Below are positions 1-9,932 of a stretch of DNA of 64,000 nucleotides, piece by piece. The DNA is taken from the NCBI GenBank assembly GCA_052033375.1, contig JBPOJQ010000006.1, positions 24,791 to 88,790 of the forward strand, in the 5' to 3' direction. The DNA comes from Candidatus Magasanikiibacteriota bacterium (GTDB lineage Bacteria > Patescibacteriota > Patescibacteriia > Magasanikbacterales > UBA922). Position 1 is the stretch's first letter, and every line of letters starts with the position of its first letter. The notes beneath the pieces are model-generated. The model saw only the letters and a program-made list of their open reading frames with translations, did not search any database and was not told where the DNA came from. Position numbers and translations under genes: made by a program.

Positions 1-1028
1 ATGACAAATGCATAGCATGATGCAAGTGTACAGGTGCGTGCACGTGCGATATAGCCAGATTTTGAAGCTGCGACTGGAGTACCTTGGGCACTTCGGATAT
101 CAATCGCAGGATGTTCATAGATATAGCGGAATGGATAGCTTTTGTCGTGAAAATACGCCGTCACATAGCGACTCTGTGTGGGCCATGAAAGAAGTGTCTC
201 GTCATCGCTCAGATCAGCAAATTTTTGACTCTCGGCTAATTTTTTCCGGACCTGTTGTTCAACAGCCACAATTTCATTCTCCACCTGTTTATATTGGGAT
301 TTGAGACCTGAAACCAGGGATTTATAGGTCATCTCAGATGATTGCGTTTGTGCGAGTAGTGTGCCTTTGAATTTTGATTGTTCATCCAAATCTCGCTTAC
401 GATTATCCAATCGTTCTTTCAATTCCTCGTAAGTCTTTTTTCGCTCCTCAGTTTCAGTCTTCTTCTGTTCTAATTCTTCTTTAGCAATACGAAGAGCCTT
501 GGCACTCTGTCCGAGATCCTGCTCTAGACTCTTTAGATATTGAACACGGGTATAGAAATCAGAAAAATTATCATACGCCGCCATGACCTCAATATACTTC
601 TTGTTGTTTTCATAATGGAGTGTGCGCACTAATTCAGCAAGCATCGCACGCTGTTTTTCAATTGCAGCTTCTTTGGTAGTAATACCAATCGCAAGCTCTT
701 CAATTTGAAGGGTTAGTGTTTCAAGTTTTGCCTGAGTAAGATCGATATCGAGCTCAATTTGTTTTATTTGATTATCCAAAATTGCCAACTGATTCGAAAG
801 TGATACCGCCTCAGTGCGCTTTTCAGAAATTTTCTTATTATATTCATCAATACTTTTCTGGAGTTGTTCAATCTTACTTTTTCCTTCAGAAATTTTCTTA
901 TTAAGCTCATCTATTTCAACTTGAGTTGCAGCATGTACAGGCTGAATAATCAAAAACTGCCGCATCCCGATCAATGCAGCAAATGACAGTACACAGAAAA
1001 AAATTCTAAAAGATAAATGTGTAATCAT
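1..1028 (-). CDS. M23 family metallopeptidase with long N-terminal coiled coil (EnvC/NlpD-like murein hydrolase activator), partial: C-terminus runs off the 5' window edge
   Basis: Own translation of the minus strand from the ATG at 1028-1026. The protein is MITHLSFRIFF..., with a signal/TM segment, long heptad-like coiled coil, then ...YIYEHPAIDIRSAQGTPVAASKSGYIARA, a typical M23 HxxxD region. It is not in the ORF track because no stop codon lies inside the window. Confidence 0.7.
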   Translation of the reverse strand, partial: MITHLSFRIFFCVLSFAALIGMRQFLIIQPVHAATQVEIDELNKKISEGKSKIEQLQKSIDEYNKKISEKRTEAVSLSNQLAILDNQIKQIELDIDLTQAKLETLTLQIEELAIGITTKEAAIEKQRAMLAELVRTLHYENNKKYIEVMAAYDNFSDFYTRVQYLKSLEQDLGQSAKALRIAKEELEQKKTETEERKKTYEELKERLDNRKRDLDEQSKFKGTLLAQTQSSEMTYKSLVSGLKSQYKQVENEIVAVEQQVRKKLAESQKFADLSDDETLLSWPTQSRYVTAYFHDKSYPFRYIYEHPAIDIRSAQGTPVAASKSGYIARARTCTLASCYAFV

Positions 1029-1050
1029 GTATCTTTTAGTATATCACAAA

Positions 1051-2541
1051 TTAAGCAAGACGTGCCAGAGCTGCATTAATTCGATGGAGTGTTCGTTCTT
1101 TTCCCAAAACAGCAGCAATTTCGAATGGTCCTGGAGAATTTTTTTGTCCAGAAAGCGCAGTGCGCATAGGCCAAAGAATATCTCCTACACCAAAATTATT
1201 CGCAGTAATCCAGGCGAGTGTGTCTGTTTCGAGTTGCTCTTTCCCCCACTCATGTTCATTTTTTTGACTCAAATAATCCAACAATATGGCGAGCTTCTCA
1301 TGAGTAGCCTCTTTCGTGCTTTTTTTCCAGACCAACAATTCGGAATCATAGCTCAAAGTCTCAGCAAAAATAAACCCGAGTGCTTCGGGAAACTCTCGAA
1401 GTGTACTTGCTCTCCCCTTCTCAAGCTCAATAACTTTTGCCAAATCTGCCAACTCACTTTCAGACTGAGGCAATGCTTTGATAAGTCCATGATTGAGCAT
1501 AAATGGCGCAACACGTCGTGCGAGCTCAAGTCTATCCAGTGCTATCAGATACTGCTTGTTATACCAATTAAGTTTTTCTACGTTAAATACAGCAGCAGCC
1601 TTACTCACCGTGTCAAAATCAAATTCTTGCTCTAACTCTTTGATTGAGTATATTTCTTGTTCAGTACCAGGATTCCAGCCAAGAAATGCAACGAAATTAA
1701 TCAGTGCTTCAGGTAGATACCCTTTTTCTTTAAAATCACTTACGCTCACATCCCCATGTCGTTTACTTAGCTTCTGTTTCTGCTCATTAACCAAAAGTGA
1801 AAGATGCGCAAATTTGGGCGCTTCCCAACCAAACATTTTGTATAATTGAATATGTTTTGGAGTAGAAGGAAGCCATTCTTCAGAACGAGTTACATGAGTA
1901 ATTCCCATAGTATGATCATCGACGACCACGGCAAAATGGTATGTTGGAAAACCGTCTGCTTTAATAAGCACCTGATCATCAACTAATGCATTTTTGAACT
2001 CCACCCTACCTCGTATCAAATCTTCAATTATGGTCGTACCTTCTTTTGGCATTTTCATACGAACAACAAAAGTTTCCCCGCCATCAATTCTTTTTTGAGC
2101 CTCTTCTCTTGAGATGTTACGGCACGTACCATCGTACCCCGTTGGGAGTTTGTTTTTCTCCTGAGATGTACGCAATTCGGCCAATCGTTCTTTGGTACAA
2201 AAACAATAATAGGCATGCCCTGCATTCAAAAGTTCTGTAATGTATGTACGGTAAATTGACAGACGTTCTGACTGAACATATGGACCTAGGTTTCCTTTCT
2301 GTATGATATTTCCTTCTTCATCCATCGAAACTCCTTCGTCGATAGCAATACCAGCCCAGCGAAGTGAGGAAATCATATTTTCAGTTCCCCCCTCCACAAA
2401 TCGTTCACGATCAGTATCTTCAATTCGAAGTACAAAGGTGCCACCATGTTTTTTTGCAAATAAATAGCCAAATAGAGCGGTTCTGAGTCCACCCACATGG
2501 AGCATTCCTGTTGGACTTGGAGCAAAACGAGTTTTTACCAT
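1051..2541 (-). CDS. gltX: glutamyl-tRNA synthetase
   Basis: N-terminus is MVKTRFAPSPTGMLHVGGLRTALFGY...RIEDTD, the class I HIGH-type motif of GluRS. Length is 496 aa. Confidence 0.93.
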   Translation of the reverse strand: MVKTRFAPSPTGMLHVGGLRTALFGYLFAKKHGGTFVLRIEDTDRERFVEGGTENMISSLRWAGIAIDEGVSMDEEGNIIQKGNLGPYVQSERLSIYRTYITELLNAGHAYYCFCTKERLAELRTSQEKNKLPTGYDGTCRNISREEAQKRIDGGETFVVRMKMPKEGTTIIEDLIRGRVEFKNALVDDQVLIKADGFPTYHFAVVVDDHTMGITHVTRSEEWLPSTPKHIQLYKMFGWEAPKFAHLSLLVNEQKQKLSKRHGDVSVSDFKEKGYLPEALINFVAFLGWNPGTEQEIYSIKELEQEFDFDTVSKAAAVFNVEKLNWYNKQYLIALDRLELARRVAPFMLNHGLIKALPQSESELADLAKVIELEKGRASTLREFPEALGFIFAETLSYDSELLVWKKSTKEATHEKLAILLDYLSQKNEHEWGKEQLETDTLAWITANNFGVGDILWPMRTALSGQKNSPGPFEIAAVLGKERTLHRINAALARLA

Positions 2542-2543
2542 AT

Positions 2544-3305
2544 CTATGATATACGCGACATAACAATTGCCGCAGAGATTGCGATATTCAATGATTCAGC
2601 CTTTCCTTTACCTGGGATAGTATAGCGGACATCGACAATGTCTTCAAGATCTGGTGAAAGGCCTTGTGATTCAGATCCAAACAGAAAGACTGTATGTGTT
2701 GCCTTGGGAATTGATGTGGGAAGCACTTCACCTGAGAGATCAAGCGCAGAAACAGAATAGCCAAACGAATGAGTCAGTTCGGACAATTCTTTGAACAAAT
2801 TATGTGAACGATAAATCTTTGATCGGAACATCGATCCCATCGTGCTCCGAACCACTTTCGGATTATATTCATCTACGCTATTTTCTGAAAGTATAATATT
2901 CGTAATTCCAAACCACTCTGCAGTTCGAATAATTGTGCCCAGATTTCCCGGGTCTTTAATATTATCTAGTGCAATAATAGGACCTGTAGCGATATCTGTA
3001 AGTGTATGTTCAAAGGAATCAACTATTGCAATAATACCCGAAAACGTGTCAGTTGTTTTAATTTCTCCAATATCTTTTCTACCGCAATATTCGACTGGTA
3101 TATCTGCACTTTCTGCTTTTTTAATACACGCGGCAATATGCTCCTCATCTCGTCTGGTGCCTTCTACCACAACCATCGCAACTTCCGCATAGTCGAGTGC
3201 CTCCCCCACCCCCTTGAATCCTTCAACAATAAATTCCCGAAACTCACGTCGATATTTTTTTTCTTGTAATTGATTGAGGTGTTTAACGATTTTTGGTGAG
3301 AGCAT
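2544..3305 (-). CDS. SpoU/TrmH family RNA 2'-O-methyltransferase (RlmB-like)
   Basis: Shows the SPOUT methylase core: ALDNIKDPGNLGTIIRTAEWFG ... LFGSESQGLS ... GKGKAESLNIAISAAI. The ORF extends in frame to 3413. The hydrophobic 36-aa N-terminal extension looks spurious, so the start at MLSPKIV (3305) is preferred. Confidence 0.8.
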   Translation of the reverse strand: MLSPKIVKHLNQLQEKKYRREFREFIVEGFKGVGEALDYAEVAMVVVEGTRRDEEHIAACIKKAESADIPVEYCGRKDIGEIKTTDTFSGIIAIVDSFEHTLTDIATGPIIALDNIKDPGNLGTIIRTAEWFGITNIILSENSVDEYNPKVVRSTMGSMFRSKIYRSHNLFKELSELTHSFGYSVSALDLSGEVLPTSIPKATHTVFLFGSESQGLSPDLEDIVDVRYTIPGKGKAESLNIAISAAIVMSRIS

Positions 3306-3477
3306 AATAAGGAAAAATAATAGTAGCAGTGATAATTCGAGAGAACCGTTTAGGCTGAGTAATGAATCTATACAACCATTCAAAACCTGCTTTGCGTAGC
3401 CATGTTGGAGCACGTTTTATTGAACCAGAAATGTAGTCAACAGCGCCCCACACCCCCATTGCTATTTTGACCCCACG

Positions 3478-4035
3478 TTATTCATCTGCATGGGTATTAA
3501 TCCAAATCTCCTGTTTCTCATGTCCAAATGCTACAAAAATAATATCTGGTTTATTTCTCTGTATTTCATTGATAATTTGTTGATTAATGCGTTTCTCTTC
3601 TTTATTCTTATAGACAATCGCACCGCCCCGGACAAAAAAATTGGGTCCTGGATGCATGCCTGCGACATGCAGTGTCGGGAAGGCTTGCTGGATATAATAA
3701 AATAACTTCTTGAGAGTTTTTGTTTTTCCTGAACCAAGTAGAAAGATTGATTTTTGCTCATGTTCTGCGATAGAGAGAAGCTCAAGCATAAAATCAACCC
3801 CGGTAATCCTATTCAACCTGCCTTCTGAAAACAGGACTAGTCCCCTGCCATCACACAGTGATAGATCAGCAGTATTCAAGATTTCCCGAAATGAATGATG
3901 GCGATATGCGGATACAATCATCTCAGGATTTGGAGTAAAGATACGATGAAGTCGCTCCTCGTGAAGAAACGCCTGCGCTCTGTTTTTTGCCTCATCAATA
4001 GTGACTTCATCAACCTTTACATCGAGGATATGCAT
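3478..4035 (-). CDS. WecB/TagA/CpsF family glycosyltransferase (TagA-like)
   Basis: RIFTPNPEMIV ... LNTADLSLCDGRGLV are motifs typical of the WecG/TagA family. Length is 185 aa. Confidence 0.65.
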   Translation of the reverse strand: MHILDVKVDEVTIDEAKNRAQAFLHEERLHRIFTPNPEMIVSAYRHHSFREILNTADLSLCDGRGLVLFSEGRLNRITGVDFMLELLSIAEHEQKSIFLLGSGKTKTLKKLFYYIQQAFPTLHVAGMHPGPNFFVRGGAIVYKNKEEKRINQQIINEIQRNKPDIIFVAFGHEKQEIWINTHADE

Positions 4036-4075
4036 AGATCCTAAATCAGGGATAATTATGCTATACTAACATATA

Positions 4076-4104
4076 TTGACAGTTTTGGCGAGTGTGATAT
4101 AGTA
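4076..4104 (+). promoter_or_regulatory. sigma70-like promoter of clpB (TTGACA-16-TATAGT)
   Basis: TTGACA at 4076-4081 and TATAGT at 4098-4103, about 125 nt upstream of the clpB ATG. Confidence 0.45.
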
Positions 4105-4131
4105 TTATCACTCTACATCTACGAGTGCTAA
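4105..4131 (+). promoter_or_regulatory. CIRCE-like inverted repeat (HrcA operator) TTATCACTC-N9-GAGTGCTAA
   Basis: One mismatch to the consensus TTAGCACTC-N9-GAGTGCTAA. It lies immediately downstream of the predicted -10 of the heat-shock chaperone gene clpB. Confidence 0.55.
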
Positions 4132-4229
4132 TTCTATCTTAAAGTCCAGTGTCGAATAGTCGGATGTAGCCTACATTTTACATTAAAAATCAGATACAGT
4201 TAAAAACTGTATCTGATTCAACTTTTATT

Positions 4230-6869
4230 TTGTATATGATGCCTCAAAATTTTACCAACAAATCTCAAGAAGCAATTCAAAATGCACAAGGTATTGCGCA
4301 TGAAAATGGACAACAGCAAATAGATCCGCCACATTTGTTTCTGGCTCTGATCAACGAAGATGAGGGTGTTGTCGTATCAATTTTTAAAAAACTCAATGCT
4401 TCCGTCGATGTAATTAAGGAATTCCTACAGACACTAATTGATCGGATACCAAAACAGCCAATCAGTGCCCAAGGTATTGGACAAGTAACCCTCTCACAAG
4501 CGACACTCTATATACTACAAAACGCAAATAATGAAGCCCAAAAAATGAAGGATGAATTTATTTCAGTCGAGCATCTCCTCCTGGGATTTTTGACAAATAA
4601 AAACCCGATCAGTGATTTTCTGACACAGCAAGGCGTCACCTATCACGACATATTGAAGGTGCTCCAATCAATTCGTGGAAACCAGCGTGTTGACTCCCCT
4701 GAGCCTGAAAGCAAGTACCAGGCTCTAGAAAAATATGGGCTCAATCTCACCGAGCGAGCACGCAAAGAAAAACTCGATCCGGTGATTGGTCGTGACGATG
4801 AAATTCGCCGAGTCATGCAAGTGCTTACCCGACGAACCAAAAATAATCCAGTACTCATTGGTGAGCCGGGGGTAGGAAAAACAGCAGTGGTCGAAGGATT
4901 GGCGCAACGTATTGTAAATGGCGATGTACCAGAAAACCTCAAAGATAAGGAGGTCATTTCTCTGGATGTCGGTTCCCTACTCGCAGGTACCAAATTTCGG
5001 GGAGAATTTGAAGAACGTCTCAAGGCAGTAATCAAAGAAGTTACCAATAGTAATGGACAAATTGTTCTATTCATCGATGAACTTCATACAATCGTTGGTG
5101 CAGGTAGTTCAGACGGTGCAGTAGATGCATCAAATATGCTGAAGCCTGGGCTTGCTCGAGGTGAATTGCATATCATTGGTGCGACTACTATCAAGGAATA
5201 TCAAAAACATATTGAGAAAGACGCGGCTTTTGAACGGAGATTTCAAACTGTCATGGTCCACCAACCCACCCTCGATGATGCGACTGCGATTCTTCGTGGT
5301 ATTAAAGAAAAATATGAAATTCATCATGGGGTGCGAATTACTGACCCTGCAATTATAGCCGCAGTCACACTCTCGGATCGCTACATTAGTGATCGATTTC
5401 TTCCAGACAAAGCAATCGACCTCATTGACGAAGCCGCGAGTGCCCTCAAAATGCAGATTGACTCTATGCCTGATGATCTAGACAAAATGAAGCGCAAAAT
5501 GATGAAGATAGAAATCGAACTTCGGGCACTCAAAAAAGAAACTGACAAAGATTCAAAAGAACGTGAGAAATTGCTCAAAGAAGAATTAGCAAACCTCAAA
5601 GAAAAAAGTAAAGAAATCGAAATGCAGTGGGGTAATGAAAAAGAAATCATTACCAAAATGCGTGAACACAAAAAAGAAATTGATAAACTGAAACAGGAAG
5701 CTGAAATCATGGAACGTAAAGGTGATTTACAAAAAGTCGCTGAAATTAGATACGGAAAAATTCCAGTTATCGAAGAGGCAATCAAGAAGTACGAAGCAAA
5801 ACTTGCCGACCTGCAAAAGAAAAGTTCGATCCTCAAAGAAGAAGTCACTGAGGAGGATATTGCTCGAGTGGTATCGAAGTGGACTGGGATACCTGTAAGT
5901 AAAATGCTCGAAGATGAAGTCTTCAAGCTCGCCCGTATGGAACAGGAACTCAGTAAAAATGTAGTCGGACAAGAAGAAGCGATTGGCGCTGTCGCACATG
6001 CGATTCGTAGAAACCGGGCAGGAATTTCGGAAGAAAAGCGTCCAATCGGCTCTTTCATCTTCATGGGACCGACAGGTGTGGGAAAAACAGAGCTTGCAAA
6101 AACACTTGCTGAATTTCTGTTTAATGACCGTGAGGCGCTCGTGAGAGTAGACATGACAGAATATATGGAAAAACACGCGGTCAGCAAAATGGTCGGCTCT
6201 CCTCCAGGCTACATTGGGTTTGACGAGGGTGGACAACTCACCGAAATTGTACGTAGAAAACCATATTCAGTCATCCTATTTGATGAAATTGAGAAAGCCC
6301 ACCCAGACATATTCAATATCATGCTTCAAATTCTTGAGGATGGACATCTGACTGACGCCAAGGGTCGCAAAGTAAACTTCAAAAACACCGTTATTATCAT
6401 GACGAGTAATATCGCAAGTGAACTCATTGTACAGATGGGTACACAGGGAGAATTTGGTTTTGGTGAAAAGAAAAAAGGTGGAAATACAAAACAATCACAA
6501 GAAGCAATCAATAAACGAATTTTCGATGCACTTCGCGAACAATTCAAACCTGAGTTCCTCAATCGTATCGATGAAATCATTGTATTCCATCCATTGAAGG
6601 AAGAACAAATTCGTTCAATCGTCGATCTTCAGTTGGAAATTGTAATGAAGCGACTTGAAAAACAAAAAATAAAACTCGAGATCACTGACAAAGCAAAAGA
6701 TTGGCTCGCGAAAAAAGGTTATGATGAGAATCTCGGCGCTCGCCCGCTCAAGCGAGTAATACAGACAGAGTTATTGAATAAACTTGCGTTAAAAATCATT
6801 GAAAAAAGTGTAAGCGAGGGTGATACTGTGTATATTGACACAACTAAGGACGGATTAAAAATCAGTTAA
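4230..6869 (+). CDS. clpB: ATP-dependent chaperone ClpB (Hsp100, two AAA+ modules with middle coiled-coil domain)
   Basis: N-terminal Clp_N repeats. Two Walker A sites ([22 protein letters not shown]). A long middle coiled coil. [16 protein letters not shown] motif. Length is 879 aa. Confidence 0.95.
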   Translation: MYMMPQNFTNKSQEAIQNAQGIAHENGQQQIDPPHLFLALINEDEGVVVSIFKKLNASVDVIKEFLQTLIDRIPKQPISAQGIGQVTLSQATLYILQNANNEAQKMKDEFISVEHLLLGFLTNKNPISDFLTQQGVTYHDILKVLQSIRGNQRVDSPEPESKYQALEKYGLNLTERARKEKLDPVIGRDDEIRRVMQVLTRRTKNNPVLIGEPGVGKTAVVEGLAQRIVNGDVPENLKDKEVISLDVGSLLAGTKFRGEFEERLKAVIKEVTNSNGQIVLFIDELHTIVGAGSSDGAVDASNMLKPGLARGELHIIGATTIKEYQKHIEKDAAFERRFQTVMVHQPTLDDATAILRGIKEKYEIHHGVRITDPAIIAAVTLSDRYISDRFLPDKAIDLIDEAASALKMQIDSMPDDLDKMKRKMMKIEIELRALKKETDKDSKEREKLLKEELANLKEKSKEIEMQWGNEKEIITKMREHKKEIDKLKQEAEIMERKGDLQKVAEIRYGKIPVIEEAIKKYEAKLADLQKKSSILKEEVTEEDIARVVSKWTGIPVSKMLEDEVFKLARMEQELSKNVVGQEEAIGAVAHAIRRNRAGISEEKRPIGSFIFMGPTGVGKTELAKTLAEFLFNDREALVRVDMTEYMEKHAVSKMVGSPPGYIGFDEGGQLTEIVRRKPYSVILFDEIEKAHPDIFNIMLQILEDGHLTDAKGRKVNFKNTVIIMTSNIASELIVQMGTQGEFGFGEKKKGGNTKQSQEAINKRIFDALREQFKPEFLNRIDEIIVFHPLKEEQIRSIVDLQLEIVMKRLEKQKIKLEITDKAKDWLAKKGYDENLGARPLKRVIQTELLNKLALKIIEKSVSEGDTVYIDTTKDGLKIS

Positions 6870-6874
6870 AAAAA

Positions 6875-6902
6875 TAAAACCGCTCTCTCGAGCGGTTTTT
6901 AG
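6875..6902. terminator. bidirectional intrinsic terminator between clpB and the convergent ferredoxin gene
   Basis: CCGCTC-tctc-GAGCGG hairpin flanked by A-run and T-run on both sides. Confidence 0.6.
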
Positions 6903-7189
6903 TTTGGAAACAACTTATTCCCCTCTTCATCGTACAGATGTATGGCGAGCACGGGACATACTTGTGCCGCCATCATAATCGTATCCTCATCGGTGCTATC
7001 AGGATCAGTCACATATGCCAGATTTCCATCATCCATCTGGAATACTCCGGGAGCCACCACCACACATGATTGAGCCCCGATACACGCCTGGCGATCTACC
7101 ACAATACGGCGGATCTTTCCGCCTTTTCGTATTTTCATTGAAATGTCTTCTGGTAAATTGTCAGGAAGTTTTGGTTCGATGTCGGACAT
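6899..7189 (-). CDS. small ferredoxin (single-cluster Fe-S protein)
   Basis: CIGAQSC ... CP cysteine motif. Length is 96 aa, with an acidic C-terminus. Confidence 0.55.
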   Translation of the reverse strand: MSDIEPKLPDNLPEDISMKIRKGGKIRRIVVDRQACIGAQSCVVVAPGVFQMDDGNLAYVTDPDSTDEDTIMMAAQVCPVLAIHLYDEEGNKLFPN

Positions 7190-7195
7190 AACGTG

Positions 7196-8077
7196 TTATT
7201 TCAGTTCAATGGTACTGATGATATCTTCGAGATCGTCATAAGAATATCTGTAAAACTCATGGATTGAAAAAGTGTAGGTATATTTATCACCAAAAAATAC
7301 CAACTTATAATTTGTTCCTAAGCCTCCGTCGAAATATTCCAAAACAGTATGTGTATTTTTAGTGTTGTACAGAGATGGAATATTCACTAACTTAAAACCA
7401 TTTGAACTGCCACCAGAATTACGTGCTGATTCGGTTACATACATATCAACATCAGATCCGGTACTATTTCGTATGATAAGAGAAAAAGGACGTGTCAAAC
7501 GATAGCTCACACCTCCCTCAGGCATAGGATAGGTTATCCTACCAAATGAAACATAGGACGCACCCTTATCCCAAGAAACTTGTTCGTCAACGATATACGG
7601 CTCAAACTTATACAAAGGATCCCCCCACTTTTCATCGAATGGTAGACGCAATGATAATTCTTCATTTTCAAAAACAACAAACGTATTCGGAATTGACATG
7701 TTAACCTCTTGAGGAGGTGGAGGATTCGGTGTTTCAGGTTCAATATATTCTTCAGAAGAAAAAAATTTGCGTTCCGAATTGGAATAGACACCACTCCATT
7801 TACGTGTCATCCACCCATCATTTGATGGATCGTTTTTTCGAACTTCAGGAATCAAAACTTCATATTCTTTTTCTACCCTAACCTTAGGTTCTAATTTGGT
7901 CTCTTGCACAGGAGTTGGTTCAGACTTTTTTTCTTCCTGCTGAGAGAGAGTTGATTTTTGCATTGGTGCAGATTTGAACAAAAACTTATCCTGAAATATA
8001 AAAAAAGAAAGGATAACATTCAATCCAATACTGACGCAAAGTCCAATAGTCACAATATTTTTTCTGTCAAAAGTCAT
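7196..8077 (-). CDS. hypothetical membrane-anchored protein (N-terminal TM helix, Pro/Glu-rich linker)
   Basis: Long ORF with an N-terminal hydrophobic helix. No recognisable catalytic motif. Confidence 0.45.
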   Translation of the reverse strand: MTFDRKNIVTIGLCVSIGLNVILSFFIFQDKFLFKSAPMQKSTLSQQEEKKSEPTPVQETKLEPKVRVEKEYEVLIPEVRKNDPSNDGWMTRKWSGVYSNSERKFFSSEEYIEPETPNPPPPQEVNMSIPNTFVVFENEELSLRLPFDEKWGDPLYKFEPYIVDEQVSWDKGASYVSFGRITYPMPEGGVSYRLTRPFSLIIRNSTGSDVDMYVTESARNSGGSSNGFKLVNIPSLYNTKNTHTVLEYFDGGLGTNYKLVFFGDKYTYTFSIHEFYRYSYDDLEDIISTIELK

Positions 8078-8085
8078 AGTTATAG

Positions 8086-8388
8086 TTATAAATCACCTAA
8101 AAAATCATCATTCAAATCAAGTTGCCCAGGGGTAAACTTGTGGTATGGTTCACCGCTCCCCTGCTCAATCTTTTCTACCACATTTTCAGGAGTACTATAC
8201 GAGAAAATTTGATTGTCGTCAACGATGACGTTTACTGCTTTTTTACATCGATCAATACAGCCACATATGCCGACAGTAGTCTCTGTTCCTACATATTTTT
8301 CTTCCAACACACCGACAATAGCATGGGCGCCCTCTACCATGCAGTCCGCTCCACAACAGACTTCGATTTTTTTAATTTCTTTATTCAT
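8086..8388 (-). CDS. thioredoxin-like [2Fe-2S] ferredoxin family protein
   Basis: CCGADC ... CGCIDRC gives a Cx4C...Cx3C pattern typical of Trx-like 2Fe-2S ferredoxins. It sits at the distal end of the Fe-S assembly gene string. Confidence 0.45.
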   Translation of the reverse strand: MNKEIKKIEVCCGADCMVEGAHAIVGVLEEKYVGTETTVGICGCIDRCKKAVNVIVDDNQIFSYSTPENVVEKIEQGSGEPYHKFTPGQLDLNDDFLGDL

Positions 8389-8396
8389 ATTCAGTT

Positions 8397-8482
8397 GTCA
8401 TCCTGAGCGAAGCGAAGGATCCCTTAAAGAATGTTTGAAATAAAAATTTAGTCAAGGGATTCTTCGCTTCGCTCAGAATGAC
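8397..8482. repeat. near-perfect 29-bp inverted repeat pair (GTCATCCTGAGCGAAGCGAAGGATCCCTT / AAGGGATTCTTCGCTTCGCTCAGAATGAC) separated by a 28-nt AT-rich loop; member of a dispersed hairpin-repeat family
   Basis: Seen directly in the sequence. Related copies occur at 9163-9190 and 56115-56140. Confidence 0.7.
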
Positions 8483-8484
8483 AT

Positions 8485-8757
8485 TTATTCAGTATTTTGT
8501 TCGAATTTAGTCGCTAAGTCTTCCCAATGAGGATTTATAGAATTAATCAACTCCTCTTTTCTGATGCGCTTCCAACCTTTTATTTGTTTCTCCCTTCTTA
8601 TAGCTTCTTCAATATCACTAAATTGTTCAAAATAAACTAATTTAGTACAAGCATATTTCTTCGTAAAACTATCTGCGGCGCCTTGCTTGTGCTCATACAC
8701 CCTTCTCTGCAAGTTATTCGTCACCCCGATATACAGTGTTCCAGAATAACTTGCCAT
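8485..8757 (-). CDS. GIY-YIG nuclease family protein (COG2827/UPF0213-like)
   Basis: MASYSGTLYIGVTNNLQRRVYEHK matches the GIY-YIG motif. Length is about 90 aa. The start is taken at MASYSG; the ORF extends in frame to 8787. Confidence 0.85.
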   Translation of the reverse strand: MASYSGTLYIGVTNNLQRRVYEHKQGAADSFTKKYACTKLVYFEQFSDIEEAIRREKQIKGWKRIRKEELINSINPHWEDLATKFEQNTE

Positions 8758-8790
8758 AATATAAATGTAAAAATTATTCCGCAACATATT

Positions 8791-9087
8791 CTAGACGCCC
8801 ATCGCAGCCCGTAAATCTGGAGGTGCTACCCAAGGCGGATCAAAGGTAACATCAATGTAAACCGCTTCACGCTCGAAACCAAACGACATAATTACTTCCC
8901 GTATCTCATCAGTGAGTTGCGGACCGAAGGGACAAAATGGTGTGGTGTAAGTCATGGTTACTTCAACTCTATTCTGTTCACTATCCACACGAATATCATA
9001 AATAAGGCCCATAGTAACCACATCTACATGGACTTCAGGATCAAAGACCGTCTTTAATTTTTCTAAAATTTGCTCTTTGGTGACCAT
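8791..9087 (-). CDS. sufT: Fe-S cluster assembly protein SufT (DUF59/MIP18 family)
   Basis: VFDPEVHVDVVTMGLIY ... TYTTPFCPFG is the DUF59 signature. It is adjacent to sufC. Confidence 0.8.
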   Translation of the reverse strand: MVTKEQILEKLKTVFDPEVHVDVVTMGLIYDIRVDSEQNRVEVTMTYTTPFCPFGPQLTDEIREVIMSFGFEREAVYIDVTFDPPWVAPPDLRAAMGV

Positions 9088-9162
9088 ACATTATTTATTT
9101 TGTTATCCTGAACGTATTGAGTGATCCCGTGAAGAGTGTTATACGTAAAACCCTCTTTAAGA

Positions 9163-9190
9163 GATTCTTCGCCTACGGCTCAGAATGACA
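9163..9190. repeat. solo copy of the TGTCATTCTGAG...GAAGAATC hairpin-repeat family
   Basis: GATTCTTCGCCTACGGCTCAGAATGACA is the reverse complement of a GTCATTCTGAGCCGTAGGCGAAGAATC-type unit. Confidence 0.5.
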
Positions 9191-9196
9191 AATACA

Positions 9197-9925
9197 CTAT
9201 TTAAAATTATTATACCCACTCTTCTCGACTTCATGTGCCAATTCAGGACCACCACTCTTCACAATATTACCATCAATCATGATGTGAACTACGTCCGGCA
9301 CCACGTAATCAAGAATACGATTGTAGTGGGTAATCAATAGTACTCCAGTTTTCTCACTCTTAAATTTAACAATTCCTTCCGCAACGATTTTCAACGCATC
9401 CACATCAAGCCCGGAATCAGTCTCATCAAGTACCGCATATGTCGGCTCAAGAACCGCAAGCTGGAGAATCTCAGCTCGTTTCTTCTCTCCTCCAGAAAAT
9501 CCCGTATTCACATATCGAGTCGCAAATGCTGGATCCATTCCAAACTCTTTTATTTTTTCTACCAACTTTCGGTGAAACTCAAGAGGATTCACCGTAGCAC
9601 CTTTGAGCGAATTATACGCGAGACGCAAAAAATTAGAAATCGTCACCCCTTCAATTTCTGGCGGATACTGCATCGAGAGAAACAATCCATGCTTTGCTTT
9701 CTCATCTGTAGACATATCGGTCACGTCCACAGCGTCAACAATAATCTTCCCCTCAGTGACGGTATATTTTGGATGACTAAGTAGTGTATTTGCAAGGGTG
9801 GATTTCCCCGAACCATTCGGTCCCATAATCGCATGGACTTCACCTGGCTTAATCTCAAGATTAAGACCTTTTACAATCGGCTTTTCTTCTACTGAAACGT
9901 GTAGGTTTTGTATCTGTAAGCTCAT
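9197..9925 (-). CDS. sufC: Fe-S cluster assembly ATPase SufC
   Basis: MSLQIQNLHVSV...GPNGSGKSTL, plus ABC signature and Walker B. The start is taken at MSLQ; the ORF extends to 9985. Confidence 0.9.
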   Translation of the reverse strand: MSLQIQNLHVSVEEKPIVKGLNLEIKPGEVHAIMGPNGSGKSTLANTLLSHPKYTVTEGKIIVDAVDVTDMSTDEKAKHGLFLSMQYPPEIEGVTISNFLRLAYNSLKGATVNPLEFHRKLVEKIKEFGMDPAFATRYVNTGFSGGEKKRAEILQLAVLEPTYAVLDETDSGLDVDALKIVAEGIVKFKSEKTGVLLITHYNRILDYVVPDVVHIMIDGNIVKSGGPELAHEVEKSGYNNFK

Positions 9926-9932
9926 AATATAT

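Noticed and set aside
1027-1635. 202-aa plus-strand ORF
   Set aside because: It lies entirely antisense within gltX and the M23 gene start. Low-complexity translation, no RBS.
4643-6580. Several 60-270 aa ORFs (4643-5074, 5381-6187, 5727-6236, 6326-6580) on the minus strand
   Set aside because: All are antisense within clpB. Ser/Arg-rich low-complexity translations typical of antisense frames of a conserved gene.
8213-8443. 76-aa ORF ending ...CHPERSEGSLKECLK
   Set aside because: Its C-terminal part is simply the translation of the hairpin repeat GTCATCCTGAGCGAAGCGAAGGATCC. It overlaps the ferredoxin gene antisense.
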